Source: Candidatus Cloacimonadales bacterium
Lineage (GTDB): Bacteria > Cloacimonadota > Cloacimonadia > Cloacimonadales > JAFGVF01
Assembly: GCA_963667035.1 (NCBI GenBank)
Contig: OY762964.1
Location: forward strand, 2,976,001-3,040,000
Direction of reading: 5' to 3'
DNA: 64,000 nt
Each line of letters opens with the position of its first letter. The first letter of the stretch is position 1. The notes under the pieces were generated by a model. The model had not been told where the DNA came from, did not search any database, and saw only the letters and a list, made by a program, of their open reading frames with translations. Of this stretch, positions 29,298-40,945 are shown in pieces. The translations under genes and the position numbers were made by a program.

Positions 29298-30131
29298 TCA
29301 ATCAACATAACTCACAAATTCTGAAATCTTTCTTCGCTCAGGCAGGGGTAGTAGCTTAGTCGGATAACCTACGGGAGTGAGCATTGAGATATAGTGAGTT
29401 TCAGGAATCCCTAGAAGAGATTTAACCTCATCTCTATCCATATCAGTGATCCAACAACCACCTAATCCATTATTTTCAAGAGCAAGAAGAAGATAGCTAC
29501 CGGCAATAATCGCATCAGATTTAATTCTTTTAGTTTTATCCGGATTAACACATGTAGCAATCACTATATCTGACTTTCCTAATGGACCTGAAGCAGATTC
29601 CCTAATCATAGAGAGTTCTTTAATAATCGACTTATTTCTAACTACAATGTAGTAGAAAGATTCACTATTTCTACTTGTAGGCGAATAGCGACATTCTTCA
29701 AAAACATTATTCAATACTTCTTCTGAAACAGAAGCACCGGTAAAACTACGATAACTTCTTCGCTGTTTCAGCAAATCAGTTCCATTATAATAAGAGTTTA
29801 TAGGGTGTTTAAATGTTTGGAATTCAATTTTTCTACCCTCAGGGTCATAGCTATAGAAATGATAGATGTTATAATTTGGATTATAATGTGGTGTGTTTAT
29901 AGGTTCAAGTTTAGAAGCCATTTGTTCAACTTCCTCCCTTGATGTGTAAAAGAATGTTATTAGCATATCCAAATCAGACTTATCACTTTTACATATTCCC
30001 AATAGTAGGTTTCCATGTCTAACTATGCAAATGTCCTCTTGTTCCAACCAGACAGTACAGCCTAAAGTTATAAGGTAAAAATTTCTTAAGACTTCGAACA
30101 TTGTAGTCTTAAAAAATACTATTCCGCCCAT
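29298..30131 (-). CDS. VOC/glyoxalase-nitroreductase fusion protein
   Basis: N-terminal IVFF...FY...DPEGRKIEFQ; C-terminal RRSYRSF, SPTSRN, GLGGCW, PVGYP. Confidence 0.85.
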   Translation of the reverse strand: MGGIVFFKTTMFEVLRNFYLITLGCTVWLEQEDICIVRHGNLLLGICKSDKSDLDMLITFFYTSREEVEQMASKLEPINTPHYNPNYNIYHFYSYDPEGRKIEFQTFKHPINSYYNGTDLLKQRRSYRSFTGASVSEEVLNNVFEECRYSPTSRNSESFYYIVVRNKSIIKELSMIRESASGPLGKSDIVIATCVNPDKTKRIKSDAIIAGSYLLLALENNGLGGCWITDMDRDEVKSLLGIPETHYISMLTPVGYPTKLLPLPERRKISEFVSYVD

Positions 30132-30330
30132 TACTTCTCCTATTAACTCTTTAGTACGCTAACTTAGAAATGCGTAACATTTAGCCTGTGTTTAGTAGAA
30201 GAATACTGTCAATTGAAATTGTTAACAAGAATCAAACGGTCTTAACAATTAAGCTTGTGATAGGTAATTAGCTGTTTGTAAATTAATTGTTAAGGCAAAT
30301 CTATATTATTATGGAAACTCTAGATAATTT

Positions 30331-30363
30331 AAAAAGGGTAGATGCATTATCACATCTACCCTT
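30331..30363 (-). terminator. Intrinsic terminator
   Basis: AAGGGTAGATG-CATTATCA-CATCTACCCTT with an A-run on the left. Confidence 0.8.
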
Positions 30364-30382
30364 GAATATTTTGTCCCTTAGA

Positions 30383-32371
30383 CTATGGTATCATGTAGAT
30401 TTTAGTATTGTCTCTATATCCTTCTTCGTCTGAATACCAAGCAGGATAAACAGCACCTGAGCTTTCTGCCCAAGGTTTGAATTTAAGATATGCTTCAGTT
30501 ACCTGCTTTCTCTCATATGGGTGATCCCAACTGCTAGCAATATTGATCGCCCAAGGAAGGTTATTAGCAGTTCTATAGTATCTGCTTGCAGGTATGACCG
30601 AATTATCATCTCCGGTATTAAACAAGCTCAAATCTGCCTGATCTGTTGGAGGCATATCAGGAAGATGAACTTCCTTACTTCTATTTCTATCTATGAATAT
30701 GAATGGATTGAATGGCTGTTGCCATTGCCAGGCTCCTGAATTTGTTATATATGTATTGAACTTAATATCTACAGCAAATTCGGCAGGGGTTACATAACTT
30801 GCACCATATTCCGTATTAATGAAATTAGCTCCATTATTTGGCATTAGATCATTAGAGTTGTGAACAAAAACTATAGTAGCTTTACTTCCGCTTTCTAATT
30901 GAGGTACGAAGTTAGCGTTGGAAACAATATCTGAATATGTTAGAGTGTCTGAACCATCTATTACGGTGATACTCTCAATCAAGTCAGAGCTGAATGGGAA
31001 TTGAACTGCAAAACCATTCTGATATCTTGCACCAATTGCCATAAGTTTAAATTCTGCTATCAAATGAGAAATCGTATTGCCTGGAAGAGTATGGTAGAAG
31101 AAGTTATAATCAATTACCATATCATTAAAATCATAGTCACCCATATTTGGCCACAAGTCTTCATACGCTAGTGTTGAGAAAGTATGGTCATTTGTTTCAA
31201 AGGCTTTTGTCGGATCATCCGGGAAATCGTCAAAAACATCAGATACATCATCACCATCTCTATCTTCAGGTTCGTCAATAGGAGGAATATCAATAATTTC
31301 TACTGATTCTATCGGATTAGCTGTTGCATAGAATACTGCATCGTTGTAGTCATTGTCTCCAAATGGAACTTCTAAGTCTTCAAAAGCAAACAATAATTTC
31401 TCATATTCGCCGTCATAAACGAGAATACTCTGTTGAATTGAATTATGATTTAGCTCATAATTTGAATACCAAGTATCTTCAGTAATATTCGCTTGGTTGT
31501 ATCTCCAACCGTTACTCATTAGTACCCAAGCGATAACAGTGCCTTCATCAAATTGTCCTAAGTATACTTTATCACCGGGAGTTAAATCTCCACCACTACC
31601 CCACATTGAAACATTAGGGAAAATCACTTTAATTGAATCGATATCCGCTACCGATGTTGGTGGATTATCTGCCTGATATGTGTAGTAACCTAAACTGTTT
31701 TTATTACCTGCACCTTCATGCACAAAGGTAACCCATAAATCAGCAGGTTGGTCAATAAGTACAACATTCAACTGATTATCAGGGCTCAAATAGTCCGGGT
31801 GATAATCTTGTAAAGGTTTGCCTTCCGGTAATGTAGCATTAACTTTTTCCAAGAAGCCTTGTTCAAGAACATCAAAATCCATTCCGATAGGTGCACCGTT
31901 GTAATTATATGGTAATACATAACTGAGTGTAGATTTGGGAGGAGTTACAGCTTCTTTACTAATCTCAGCTTTCGCACCGAACGTATAAGAAACTAATCCA
32001 GATTCAATCGGAAGTTCCTTTGAATCCATGTAACCGACTAAATAAACGGAAGTCAAAGCTGTTGGTAGAGTAACAAGTGTATGTAAGCTACCATTACTTC
32101 CAGTAGCTCCACTATAAAGGTATCTTCCACCGTCATTTGGATCTGCGGAATAGAAATCAAAGCTAATATTTGGAATGCCTTGATTATTTCCGTTTAATAC
32201 ATTAATTTCAACCTCTACATCATGCAAGGTAGAGAAGTTAAAATCCTCTGCTACAGTTAAAGTCTCGAAACTTGAATCTGAGTTAGTATCTACATCATCA
32301 TTATTATTCGAACATGAAATTGCAGCAAGGAGAGTTAGAATCAATACAAATATAGACAAAATTCTTTTCAT
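30383..32371 (-). CDS. LruC-domain lipoprotein (DUF4114/DUF4842-like)
   Basis: Lipobox AISC; VTFVHEGAG.KNSLGYY; YEDLWP..GDYDFNDMV; EVHLP..PPT; LPWAI. Confidence 0.85.
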   Translation of the reverse strand: MKRILSIFVLILTLLAAISCSNNNDDVDTNSDSSFETLTVAEDFNFSTLHDVEVEINVLNGNNQGIPNISFDFYSADPNDGGRYLYSGATGSNGSLHTLVTLPTALTSVYLVGYMDSKELPIESGLVSYTFGAKAEISKEAVTPPKSTLSYVLPYNYNGAPIGMDFDVLEQGFLEKVNATLPEGKPLQDYHPDYLSPDNQLNVVLIDQPADLWVTFVHEGAGNKNSLGYYTYQADNPPTSVADIDSIKVIFPNVSMWGSGGDLTPGDKVYLGQFDEGTVIAWVLMSNGWRYNQANITEDTWYSNYELNHNSIQQSILVYDGEYEKLLFAFEDLEVPFGDNDYNDAVFYATANPIESVEIIDIPPIDEPEDRDGDDVSDVFDDFPDDPTKAFETNDHTFSTLAYEDLWPNMGDYDFNDMVIDYNFFYHTLPGNTISHLIAEFKLMAIGARYQNGFAVQFPFSSDLIESITVIDGSDTLTYSDIVSNANFVPQLESGSKATIVFVHNSNDLMPNNGANFINTEYGASYVTPAEFAVDIKFNTYITNSGAWQWQQPFNPFIFIDRNRSKEVHLPDMPPTDQADLSLFNTGDDNSVIPASRYYRTANNLPWAINIASSWDHPYERKQVTEAYLKFKPWAESSGAVYPAWYSDEEGYRDNTKIYMIP

Positions 32372-32475
32372 ATTTACCTCCGGATACTATAAATTTATAG
32401 AATAAATTTGTTTGTTATTTTGGCAATACTTTTATGTTAGTCAAAGTTTACCTAAATAAGCTTAATATTAACAAG

Positions 32476-33240
32476 TTAACTTGAAAGTGTGAGATTAAGA
32501 CCTTTAATTAGTATATTTCTCAGCTCTTGCATGTGAATACTATCTGCTATCCCACTCCACTCATCCATAAATGTTTTTTTAAACTCCAAAGCGATAGCAA
32601 TTGCTTTCTCGCCGTAAACATGATGTATCCATCTCGGAAAATGTCCTCCTGGAAATTTTACATTAATTCTACAATCAATTGATCTGCCATTGTAATCAAT
32701 ATCACAGATATTATCTCTGAGTTTTTCAACAATTGATAGATTATTTTCCGGCATATTATTTGTTCCGAGAATTATCTCGGGATTATATTTAGGGTCATCA
32801 TATTCAGCATCAGGTCCTAATCTGTGATGATTATAGGAATGTATATCCAAGACAATAATCCTTCCGTAAATATTTATAAGCTCGTCCAGATGAAGCTTAA
32901 CACGACGATAGAAATCATCATATTCATTCAAAGAGTTTTCTATTTCTGTTTCAATAAGTGGAACGTCTCTTAGCTTAAGTCCCCAGCAATCTTCCGGATT
33001 CTGGTAAACAGATCTTGTTCTAGGTCTGTTTAAATCTACTTCAAATCTACTTGTATTAACGACTATCCTGTTTTTAGCAAACTCAGTAAAGAATCCCGTC
33101 AAAGGATCTTCTTCTCTTAATCTATCGGCTTTCGAAAGAATCATTTTCTCAGCAATTTCATCTCTTAGATAATGCCCATTATGGATAGCGGTACAAACTA
33201 ATGGAGTAGAATAATCGAAAATGAAAGTTGCTTTATGCAT
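32476..33240 (-). CDS. N-formylglutamate amidohydrolase family protein
   Basis: AIHNGH, REEDP, SRFEVDLNR, DIHSYNH, N.KF.GG, ALEFKK.FMDEW. Confidence 0.85.
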   Translation of the reverse strand: MHKATFIFDYSTPLVCTAIHNGHYLRDEIAEKMILSKADRLREEDPLTGFFTEFAKNRIVVNTSRFEVDLNRPRTRSVYQNPEDCWGLKLRDVPLIETEIENSLNEYDDFYRRVKLHLDELINIYGRIIVLDIHSYNHHRLGPDAEYDDPKYNPEIILGTNNMPENNLSIVEKLRDNICDIDYNGRSIDCRINVKFPGGHFPRWIHHVYGEKAIAIALEFKKTFMDEWSGIADSIHMQELRNILIKGLNLTLSS

Positions 33241-33242
33241 TC

Positions 33243-33938
33243 CTATACTTCCCAGTTTTCAATCAGGTTCATGAGCAATATCATCTGATTTATATAATTC
33301 TGAAAGAACTCTACAACTTTATCCCTTGGTAATTTCTCGGTTCTTAAGGTAATAGCTTTTCTAAAGCTATCGAGAACAACTTGTGTCACTTCATCTGTTT
33401 TTTCCAAAAGTTCATACTCTGTTTTAGGAATCTCTTCGTTCTCAAGAATAAGAATACCTTTAAATACGGGAATCAAAGCTAGCAGTGAGACTTGTATAAG
33501 CTCACTTATTACTTTCATATTGCCAAGACTCTCTAGTAAATATTGTCTTGTGAGAAGAACTTTACCTTTAACTTCTCTTTCCATTTGTAATCTGACATCT
33601 TTAGGATTGAACTCCAGAGACTTAAAAATATCCATTTTTGAATAGGTAGATTCGTAGTAATACTTGATATTGAGAAATTCAAGAGGGAAACTATCTAGGG
33701 AAGTTAGGATATATTCTCGGCTTATAATAAGCGGAAAAGGCATCTTCTTGGCTTTAATCTTTTTCAGTAAAGGGCGTAGTTCTACTAATGCAGCAACATT
33801 CTCATTCTCAACAATAAGGAAGAAATGTCCCATATCCAGGTGTCTGTTGTAGATACCGGCTTGAATAAGATTATCTCCGAGAATAGCTTCAAATTCTTTA
33901 GATATTCCTATCCAAAACTGTCTGTACTTCTCAATCAT
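33243..33938 (-). CDS. Conserved hypothetical protein (possible nucleotidyltransferase-like fold)
   Basis: SLDSFPLEFLNIK and LQMEREVKGK motifs; tightly coupled to glyQ. Confidence 0.6.
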   Translation of the reverse strand: MIEKYRQFWIGISKEFEAILGDNLIQAGIYNRHLDMGHFFLIVENENVAALVELRPLLKKIKAKKMPFPLIISREYILTSLDSFPLEFLNIKYYYESTYSKMDIFKSLEFNPKDVRLQMEREVKGKVLLTRQYLLESLGNMKVISELIQVSLLALIPVFKGILILENEEIPKTEYELLEKTDEVTQVVLDSFRKAITLRTEKLPRDKVVEFFQNYINQMILLMNLIENWEV

Positions 33939-33943
33939 TTTAT

Positions 33944-34798
33944 CTACTCCTCTACGGTTTCATATTTCTTTGTATAGAGCTCAGCACATAATTTAGCCAT
34001 AGCTCTGATTCGACCTATATACGCGGCCCTTTCTGTTACACTTATAACCCCTCTTGCATCCAAAAGATTGAATGTGTGGGAGCTTTTTAGTAAATAGTCG
34101 TAAGCGGGATAAACTACATATTGTTTGATAAGTGCGTGACATTGCTTCTCGTAATCTTCAAAGTTTGCGAAAAGAGATTTAACGTCAGCCAATTCAAAAT
34201 TAAACTTAGAGAATTCAACTTCCTTATGGTAGAATATATCACTATAAAGAGTTGTATCATTCCATTTTAGTTTTCTGTAATCATCCACATTTTGGATATA
34301 CATTGCAAGTCTTTCAAGTCCATAAGTAAGCTCCACAGCTATCGGAGAAACATCTACACCACCTACTTGCTGAAAATAAGTAAACTGCGAAATCTCCATA
34401 CCATCCAACCAAACTTCCCAACCAAGTCCCCAAGCACCAAGAGTTGGAGATTCCCAGTCATCTTCCACGAAGCGAATATCGTGTTTCTCTATCTCAACAC
34501 CAATTGCCTTTAAACTTTGAATATAAAGCTCTTGGATGTTCTCAGGTGACGGCTTAATAACGGCTTGGAATTGGTAGTAATGCTGAAAACGATTGGGGTT
34601 TTCCCCGTATCTTCCGTCTTTCGGACGTCTGCATGGTTGAGCATAAGCTACTGCGGTATGGGTACTTCCCAATGCTCCGAAAAAAGTAGCTTGATGAAAC
34701 GTTCCTGCCCCCATCTCCATATCATAAGGCTGAATAATATTGCAACCTTGTTTTGCCCAAAATTTCTGCAAAGTAAGAATTATATCTTGAAAGTTCAT
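33944..34798 (-). CDS. glyQ: Glycine--tRNA ligase alpha subunit
   Basis: [51 protein letters not shown]. Confidence 0.98.
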   Translation of the reverse strand: MNFQDIILTLQKFWAKQGCNIIQPYDMEMGAGTFHQATFFGALGSTHTAVAYAQPCRRPKDGRYGENPNRFQHYYQFQAVIKPSPENIQELYIQSLKAIGVEIEKHDIRFVEDDWESPTLGAWGLGWEVWLDGMEISQFTYFQQVGGVDVSPIAVELTYGLERLAMYIQNVDDYRKLKWNDTTLYSDIFYHKEVEFSKFNFELADVKSLFANFEDYEKQCHALIKQYVVYPAYDYLLKSSHTFNLLDARGVISVTERAAYIGRIRAMAKLCAELYTKKYETVEE

Positions 34799-34908
34799 AA
34801 CTTCTCCATTATGTATAATGTAATGAATATTTATAATATAAGTATCTCTATGATTGTCAATAAAAATTGCTATCCCACTTTTATCATGTGTGCAAGGAAC
34901 AGCAATGA

Positions 34909-34943
34909 AAAACTGTCTCTCATTTACAACAAGAGACAGTTTT
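34909..34943 (-). terminator. Intrinsic terminator
   Basis: AAAACTGTCTCT...AGAGACAGTTTT. Confidence 0.75.
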
Positions 34944-34962
34944 AATGCTAACTTATTAGCAA

Positions 34963-37278
34963 TTATTTAAGCAGAACCATTTTACCTGTAGCTACATTTT
35001 TACCTGATTCTATTCGATAGAAATAAACACCGGAAGAAACCGGTTGCTTATCACTGTTTACTCCATTCCAGGTAATTAAATGGGTGCCAGCTGAAAAGAA
35101 CTTATCGGTAACAACATCAATTTCTTGTCCTAAAATGTTGAAGATTGAGATTTTCACATCATTGCTTTCCTTTATTGTGAAACTCAATGTTGTAGAAGGA
35201 TTAAACGGATTGGGATAGTTTGAAATTCTGAGATTATTTGTAATCTCAGGGTTATTTTCATCATTGTTGGGTACACTAATCAGCGATATAAATGCATAAA
35301 CGTCATCTATATATAGTATTGAATTACCGATTGTTATAGATTGAATAGCTAATCGAATCTGCTCAGAATCAGGAATGGGAATAGCTACCCTATATTCAGT
35401 CCAATCAGTTCTTACTTGAATGGAGGAAGGGTATTCCTGAACATAAACAAATTCATTAGGATTAGCACTGCCATCAGAGTATTTAATATTCATAACAGCA
35501 ACTTCTTCTCCCGACAAAATATGGCTTTTAGCATAAAAGGTAACTAATAGAGAGTCCAAATCACCTATGTAATGAAGCGGTGTATCAAATAGAGGAGATA
35601 TTAACCAGTCATCAGTATTCCCATTAACACTTGGCAATGAAGCAACCATTTTAGTACCATTATGAGGATTTGTTCCTCCAACAATCGGATCAATTTCATA
35701 AGGATCCAGAACAATGAATCCCTTAGGGTCAGTATCACCGGGGAAGGTAGATTCTGAATAAGAAAGAGTTTCTGACTGGTCTAAATCCAAACTTAGCCAA
35801 GGAGTGAATTTATGATCAAAACTATTGTTGTCCTCAAAACCATCGTCCAAATAATTAACTGTTTCAGAATCTAAGAAATGAATCTTAGTGTTAGGGAGGA
35901 AATACCTTGTATCACCTGCCGGAGGGGTAGCAATTGAAGGCACTACCGAGTCAGAAGAAAAATATAGACTTCTTGACGAAGCTGTAGGAGTACATCTAAA
36001 ATTATCTGCATTGGTTTCTGAAAGGTTAGTATCTTCAAGACAAGCTATGACTAGGCTCTTGTCATGTTGTAAGACAAATGGTTCATCCAAATCTATTCTT
36101 AGCCAAGTATGTGAATCAACATTACTCACAATACCATCAAACACAAGAGTAAGTTCATCCTCAAGTAACCAAGAGTTGTTATTAGTGAAGCTACTTTCAG
36201 TTGTGTTACCCATATATATTCTTATATGATTAGAAAAAACCGAGTAACCTGTCCAGAAGTATGACAAACCTTTAATAACGTCCCCAAATGCTATCTCATT
36301 GTTTCTATATAATGATTGAGTATAACTATAGCGATTAACAGGATCCCAAGGTAATCCACCTAATACCGAAGTCCCAATGCCAATCTGATTAGAAAACTCG
36401 GTATTTTCGGTAGTAAATGATTTAACTCCTGATGTAGTAGCTCCATGTTCGTTTTCTGCATCTACTTTCCAAAAATATGTTTCACCTTGTTCCAGCATAC
36501 CAGAAAGTTCATAGTTTGTTACTTCTTCCTTTGCAGGACCTGTATATATGATATCTAAATCTTCTTCAGAATCACCAAAATAGACAATATTTGTATCTGT
36601 TGAAACACCATTCTGCCAGTAAAGACCAGAAGTTGCAGGAACTTCAGATTGACCAGCCATAGGATATATATCGAATGGGACAACGGGAGCTGATGAGTCG
36701 TAATAATACAACCTAATGCATGGAACCCAGTTTAGAATATTTCCGTTACCATAAGGGAAAGCATTATCACTATTTGCATATTTTATTCTAGGATTATAAT
36801 ATGTGTTATAATGATAGAATTCAGGACATCCAGAGTTGAATGCTCCGTCATTATTAATCCACACAATATTAAGTGAGTTTACTCCATCATAAGTAAATGG
36901 GTTATCCAATGTAATCGTGTTCCAATTCCCGTTAAAAGTAATGTCTCCATTGAACACTAACTGGTAACCATTACTTTCAGGAAAAGAATACAAACTTTGT
37001 GTAATCAAAGTATCCGGATAGTTTTTTAGATATATCTTCTGATTATGTAAAGTATAATAGCTTGGATTGTTACTAACATTATATGCTAATTGATAAATGA
37101 CTTTTGATTCACCTATCTCATGTTGTCTATATAATGATTCAGACCATCCGAAATCATATACTCCACAGACAGGTGTATCATAAGTCGTTAATTCTTCTGT
37201 TCCAATCTCTATATATTCTGCATTTAGTAGTATTGTTACGGTAAAAATAAACAATAGTAGTAATATCTTATTTCTCAT
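34963..37278 (-). CDS. Secreted protein with duplicated beta-sandwich module, cleaved-adhesin and T9SS/FlgD-type C-terminal domain
   Basis: Signal peptide; S.SLY...EI..LVF.G..W..I.LD.PF module twice; [17 protein letters not shown]...SSGVYFY..KMVLLK. Confidence 0.85.
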   Translation of the reverse strand: MRNKILLLLFIFTVTILLNAEYIEIGTEELTTYDTPVCGVYDFGWSESLYRQHEIGESKVIYQLAYNVSNNPSYYTLHNQKIYLKNYPDTLITQSLYSFPESNGYQLVFNGDITFNGNWNTITLDNPFTYDGVNSLNIVWINNDGAFNSGCPEFYHYNTYYNPRIKYANSDNAFPYGNGNILNWVPCIRLYYYDSSAPVVPFDIYPMAGQSEVPATSGLYWQNGVSTDTNIVYFGDSEEDLDIIYTGPAKEEVTNYELSGMLEQGETYFWKVDAENEHGATTSGVKSFTTENTEFSNQIGIGTSVLGGLPWDPVNRYSYTQSLYRNNEIAFGDVIKGLSYFWTGYSVFSNHIRIYMGNTTESSFTNNNSWLLEDELTLVFDGIVSNVDSHTWLRIDLDEPFVLQHDKSLVIACLEDTNLSETNADNFRCTPTASSRSLYFSSDSVVPSIATPPAGDTRYFLPNTKIHFLDSETVNYLDDGFEDNNSFDHKFTPWLSLDLDQSETLSYSESTFPGDTDPKGFIVLDPYEIDPIVGGTNPHNGTKMVASLPSVNGNTDDWLISPLFDTPLHYIGDLDSLLVTFYAKSHILSGEEVAVMNIKYSDGSANPNEFVYVQEYPSSIQVRTDWTEYRVAIPIPDSEQIRLAIQSITIGNSILYIDDVYAFISLISVPNNDENNPEITNNLRISNYPNPFNPSTTLSFTIKESNDVKISIFNILGQEIDVVTDKFFSAGTHLITWNGVNSDKQPVSSGVYFYRIESGKNVATGKMVLLK

Positions 37279-37290
37279 ATTGTCCCCTTT

Positions 37291-37995
37291 CTAATCTGAA
37301 AATAAAGTTCTTAATCCTTCTGATGCGTTAACTCTGAGATGATAATCATAGAGAGAAGACATCTCCGTTTTCTCAGGATTTATCTCTATACAATAGGCAC
37401 TATTTTGTTTTGCATATCTCGGTAAACCTGCCGCAGGCCAAACAACAGCAGAAGTGCCTATACTTACAAACAGTTCAGCTTTTAAAACCGTTTCTATAGC
37501 TTTATCAATGACATTTTCATTTAAACAGTCCTCAAACCAGATTATATCGGGTCGTAAGAAAGAACCGCATTTCTCACATTTATAACTTTTATAGTTACTA
37601 TTCTCTTTATCGTGAATGATTCCGTGTCTGGGACACCTTAGTCTCCAATGACTACCATGAAGTTCTATCACATTCTCACTTTCCGCTTTCTGATGCATTC
37701 CATCAATATTCTGAGTAATAATCGTTACATTATATTTTTGTTCCAATTCATGAATTATCTTGTGCCCTTCATGGGGTAAACAATCAAATATTAGACCTCT
37801 ACGCATCTCGTGAAACTTTAATACTTTTATAGGATCTTTATCATAAGCTCTTTGACATGCATACTCCTGCCAGTTATATTCATGCCAGAGTCCTCCCTTA
37901 CCTCTATAAGTAAAGACTCCTGATTCAGCAGACATTCCTGCTCCTGTGAAAAAGACTATAGACTTATATTCATCTAATGGCTTAGGTAATATCAT
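37291..37995 (-). CDS. cobB: NAD-dependent protein deacylase (sirtuin)
   Basis: TGAGMSAESG, TQNIDGMHQ, ELHG, LRPDIIWF, IGTS.VVWPAA, EINP. Confidence 0.92.
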   Translation of the reverse strand: MILPKPLDEYKSIVFFTGAGMSAESGVFTYRGKGGLWHEYNWQEYACQRAYDKDPIKVLKFHEMRRGLIFDCLPHEGHKIIHELEQKYNVTIITQNIDGMHQKAESENVIELHGSHWRLRCPRHGIIHDKENSNYKSYKCEKCGSFLRPDIIWFEDCLNENVIDKAIETVLKAELFVSIGTSAVVWPAAGLPRYAKQNSAYCIEINPEKTEMSSLYDYHLRVNASEGLRTLFSD

Positions 37996-38000
37996 TAGTA

Positions 38001-39542
38001 TTAACTCCAGTATTTTTTATCAAGAGTTCTATACTGAATAGCCTCACTAATATATTCAGGTTTGATCTCCTTTTCACCGTTTAAATCAGCAATTGTTCTA
38101 GCTACTTTCAGTATTCTATCGTACACTCTTGCAGAAAAACCTGAATGGTCAATAGCTTTTTTTATTAAATTATGACAATCTTCATTCAGTATACAATATT
38201 TTCTTAACATCTTTGAAGTCATCTGAGAATTACAGAATATGTTATCGTCTTTAAATCTATTTAGTTGTATTAATCTAGCTTTGTTCACACGTTTACGAAT
38301 CTCTGATGAACTCTCGCCTGCCGGTTTTGATTTAAGTTCTTGATAGCTTACTGCAGGAACCTCGATATGAATGTCTATTCTATCTAAAAGAGGTCCTGAG
38401 ATTCTTGATCTGTATCGCGAAATCATAGTAAACGAGCAGTTACAGGTATGTCCTGGTATTGAGCATCCATAATATCCGCAAGGACAGGGATTCATTGAAG
38501 CTATAAGCATGAATTGAGCAGGGAAAGCAAGGCTCTGAGCTGCTCTTGATATTGAAACAATTCCGTCTTCAAGTGGTTGTCTTAGTACTTCAAGAGCATT
38601 TTTCTTGAATTCTGGAAGCTCATCCAGGAAGAGAACTCCGTTATGAGCAAGAGAAACCTCTCCAGGTTTTGGAAAAGTACCGCCCCCTATTAGTGCAATG
38701 TCACTTACAGTATGATGAGGAGATCTAAAAGGTCTGGATGAGACTATTCCCTCATGCATCTTTGATGATAATCCCGACACCGAATGTATCTTGGTTGTTT
38801 CAATAGCTTCTTCCAGAGTTAAATCAGGCAATATAGTTGGTAATCTGCGAGCAAGCATAGTTTTCCCTGAGCCTGGAGGTCCTATCATAATCAAGTTATG
38901 CCCACCTGCAGCCGCAACTTCCAAAGCTCTTTTAGAGAAGTATTGCCCCTTAACATCATACATATCTACATCAAAGCTGTTTAGGCTACCAAAAAGTTTA
39001 TCTTTATCAATTACATACGGGTCTATCTTAATGCTTCCTTCCAGAAATTGAACAGCTTCCATAAGAGAATCTACAGGATACACTTCCAACCCTTCAACAA
39101 TAGAAGCTTCTTTTGCATTTTCAGAAGGTAAAATCAATCCTTTCAGGTTCTCTTCAGCAGCTTTTACAGCTATTGGTAAAACGCCTTTTACAGGTCTTAA
39201 TGAACCATCCAGTGATAGCTCTCCAATCAATGCATATTCATTAATTCTTTGAGGTTTTATTATCTTAAGAGTAATTAATAGTGAGATAGCTATTGGCAAA
39301 TCAAGAGACGAACCGTCTTTTTTTACATCTGCTGGTGCAAGATTGATAGTATATCTTAGATTAGGTACTCTCCAGCTACTGTTTCTTATTGCAGCACACA
39401 CTCTATCCTTACTCTCTTTTACACTATTTGTTGCCATACCCACGATTGAGAACATTCCCGCACCCAATCTGGAATCACTCTCAATTGTTATCCTTATTGC
39501 ATCAATCCCTATTGTAGAATATGAAATAGCTCTGCCAAGCAT
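38001..39542 (-). CDS. comM: YifB/ComM Mg-chelatase-like AAA+ ATPase
   Basis: INLAPAD, GELSLDG, GPPGSGKTMLA, PFRSPHH, PGEVSLAHNGVLFLDE, MNPCPCG. Confidence 0.92.
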   Translation of the reverse strand: MLGRAISYSTIGIDAIRITIESDSRLGAGMFSIVGMATNSVKESKDRVCAAIRNSSWRVPNLRYTINLAPADVKKDGSSLDLPIAISLLITLKIIKPQRINEYALIGELSLDGSLRPVKGVLPIAVKAAEENLKGLILPSENAKEASIVEGLEVYPVDSLMEAVQFLEGSIKIDPYVIDKDKLFGSLNSFDVDMYDVKGQYFSKRALEVAAAGGHNLIMIGPPGSGKTMLARRLPTILPDLTLEEAIETTKIHSVSGLSSKMHEGIVSSRPFRSPHHTVSDIALIGGGTFPKPGEVSLAHNGVLFLDELPEFKKNALEVLRQPLEDGIVSISRAAQSLAFPAQFMLIASMNPCPCGYYGCSIPGHTCNCSFTMISRYRSRISGPLLDRIDIHIEVPAVSYQELKSKPAGESSSEIRKRVNKARLIQLNRFKDDNIFCNSQMTSKMLRKYCILNEDCHNLIKKAIDHSGFSARVYDRILKVARTIADLNGEKEIKPEYISEAIQYRTLDKKYWS

Positions 39543-39561
39543 TATACCTCCGAATACTTAA

Positions 39562-40842
39562 CTAACTTTGCTCCTTTTTTAATTTACTCCACCATTTCAG
39601 ACGTTTGTTAATCTCTTTTTCAAACCCGAATTCCGAGGGAGTGTAAAACTCCTGCTCTTCCATCTGATCTGGAAAACATTTTTGATAATTATAGGCATTT
39701 TTATAAGCATGGGAGTATTTGTAATCTTTACTATATCCGAGATCTTTCATAAGTTTCGTGGGAGCATTTCTCAGATGCAAGGGAACTCCCATAGTACTTG
39801 TTTTAACAGCTAAAGCAGAAGCCTCTTTGTAGGCCATATAACAAGCATTGCTTTTAGGAGCTGTTGCAAGATAAACAACCAACTGAGTCAAGGCAACATT
39901 AGATTCAGGCATCCCTAGCATCTTGATAGTATCTTTAACTGCAATTGCTTGCACCAAAGCATTAGGGTCAGCCAATCCCACATCTTCAGAAGCAAATCGG
40001 ATTAGCCTTCGCACTATATACATCGGATCTTCACCTGCTTCCAGCATTCTTGCTAGCCAATATATCCCGGCTTGAGCATCACTTCCTCTTAGAGATTTAT
40101 GCAAAGCGGATATTAGGTTATAATGTTCCTCTTTGTTTTTATCATAAAACATGGCTTTGCGAGTTAGTATCTTGCTAATAAGTGACAATTCAGGTTTTTC
40201 ATCACTTCTTAGATATGGAATTATAGCATCCAGATAGTTCATTACTTGTCTGCCATCTCCCTCACTAACATCAGCTAGATATGCTACAATATCTTCAGGA
40301 ACATCTAACTTAAGTTTCTTCAATGCTTGCTTAATTATTTGGGAAAGACTCTCAACTGTATGTATTTCCAGTACGAATACATGGCATCTTGATAGAAGTG
40401 CAGGAATTATTTCGAATGAAGGGTTCTCTGTTGTTGCTCCTATCAGAATTATTGCTCCTGATTCAACGAAAGGAAGAAAGGCATCTTGTTGAGATTTATT
40501 AAATCTATGTATCTCGTCAATAAACAAAATTGTGTTTGTTTTATGAACTTTGAAGTGATAATCAGCTTCTTGCATTACTTGTTTTACTTCTTTAATACCG
40601 GATAGTACCGCACTGAAATATATAAAATCTTGATTACAGCTTTTCTCAACAAACTTTGCTATTGTAGTTTTTCCACAACCGGGTGGTCCCCAAAGTATAA
40701 AAGAACTGTACTTTCCTGAATCAAGCATTTGACGAAGTAAGGAACCCTTGTCTAAAACTTTATTCTGTCCCTTAATTTCATCAAGCTCTGTCGGTCTCAT
40801 CCTCTCGGCTAAAGGTATATTAGTATTAGTTTTTTGTGACAT
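39562..40842 (-). CDS. rarA: Replication-associated recombination protein A
   Basis: [63 protein letters not shown]. Confidence 0.96.
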   Translation of the reverse strand: MSQKTNTNIPLAERMRPTELDEIKGQNKVLDKGSLLRQMLDSGKYSSFILWGPPGCGKTTIAKFVEKSCNQDFIYFSAVLSGIKEVKQVMQEADYHFKVHKTNTILFIDEIHRFNKSQQDAFLPFVESGAIILIGATTENPSFEIIPALLSRCHVFVLEIHTVESLSQIIKQALKKLKLDVPEDIVAYLADVSEGDGRQVMNYLDAIIPYLRSDEKPELSLISKILTRKAMFYDKNKEEHYNLISALHKSLRGSDAQAGIYWLARMLEAGEDPMYIVRRLIRFASEDVGLADPNALVQAIAVKDTIKMLGMPESNVALTQLVVYLATAPKSNACYMAYKEASALAVKTSTMGVPLHLRNAPTKLMKDLGYSKDYKYSHAYKNAYNYQKCFPDQMEEQEFYTPSEFGFEKEINKRLKWWSKLKKEQS

Positions 40843-40905
40843 ACCCTAACAAAATTAGTGAGTTAAATTTAGTCTATATTTTTCATTATATATTATGAGA
40901 AAAGT

Positions 40906-40933
40906 TCAGGCAAGAAGTTAGTTTCTTGCCTGA
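40906..40933 (-). terminator. Hairpin/terminator
   Basis: TCAGGCAAGAA-GTTAGT-TTCTTGCCTGA just after the stop at 40946. Confidence 0.7.
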
Positions 40934-40945
40934 TACTAGTATCAA

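Noticed and set aside
30220..30295. TTAACA-like hexamers upstream of the nitroreductase fusion as a PHO box
   Set aside because: Only one pair at 11-bp spacing in very AT-rich DNA; compatible with chance
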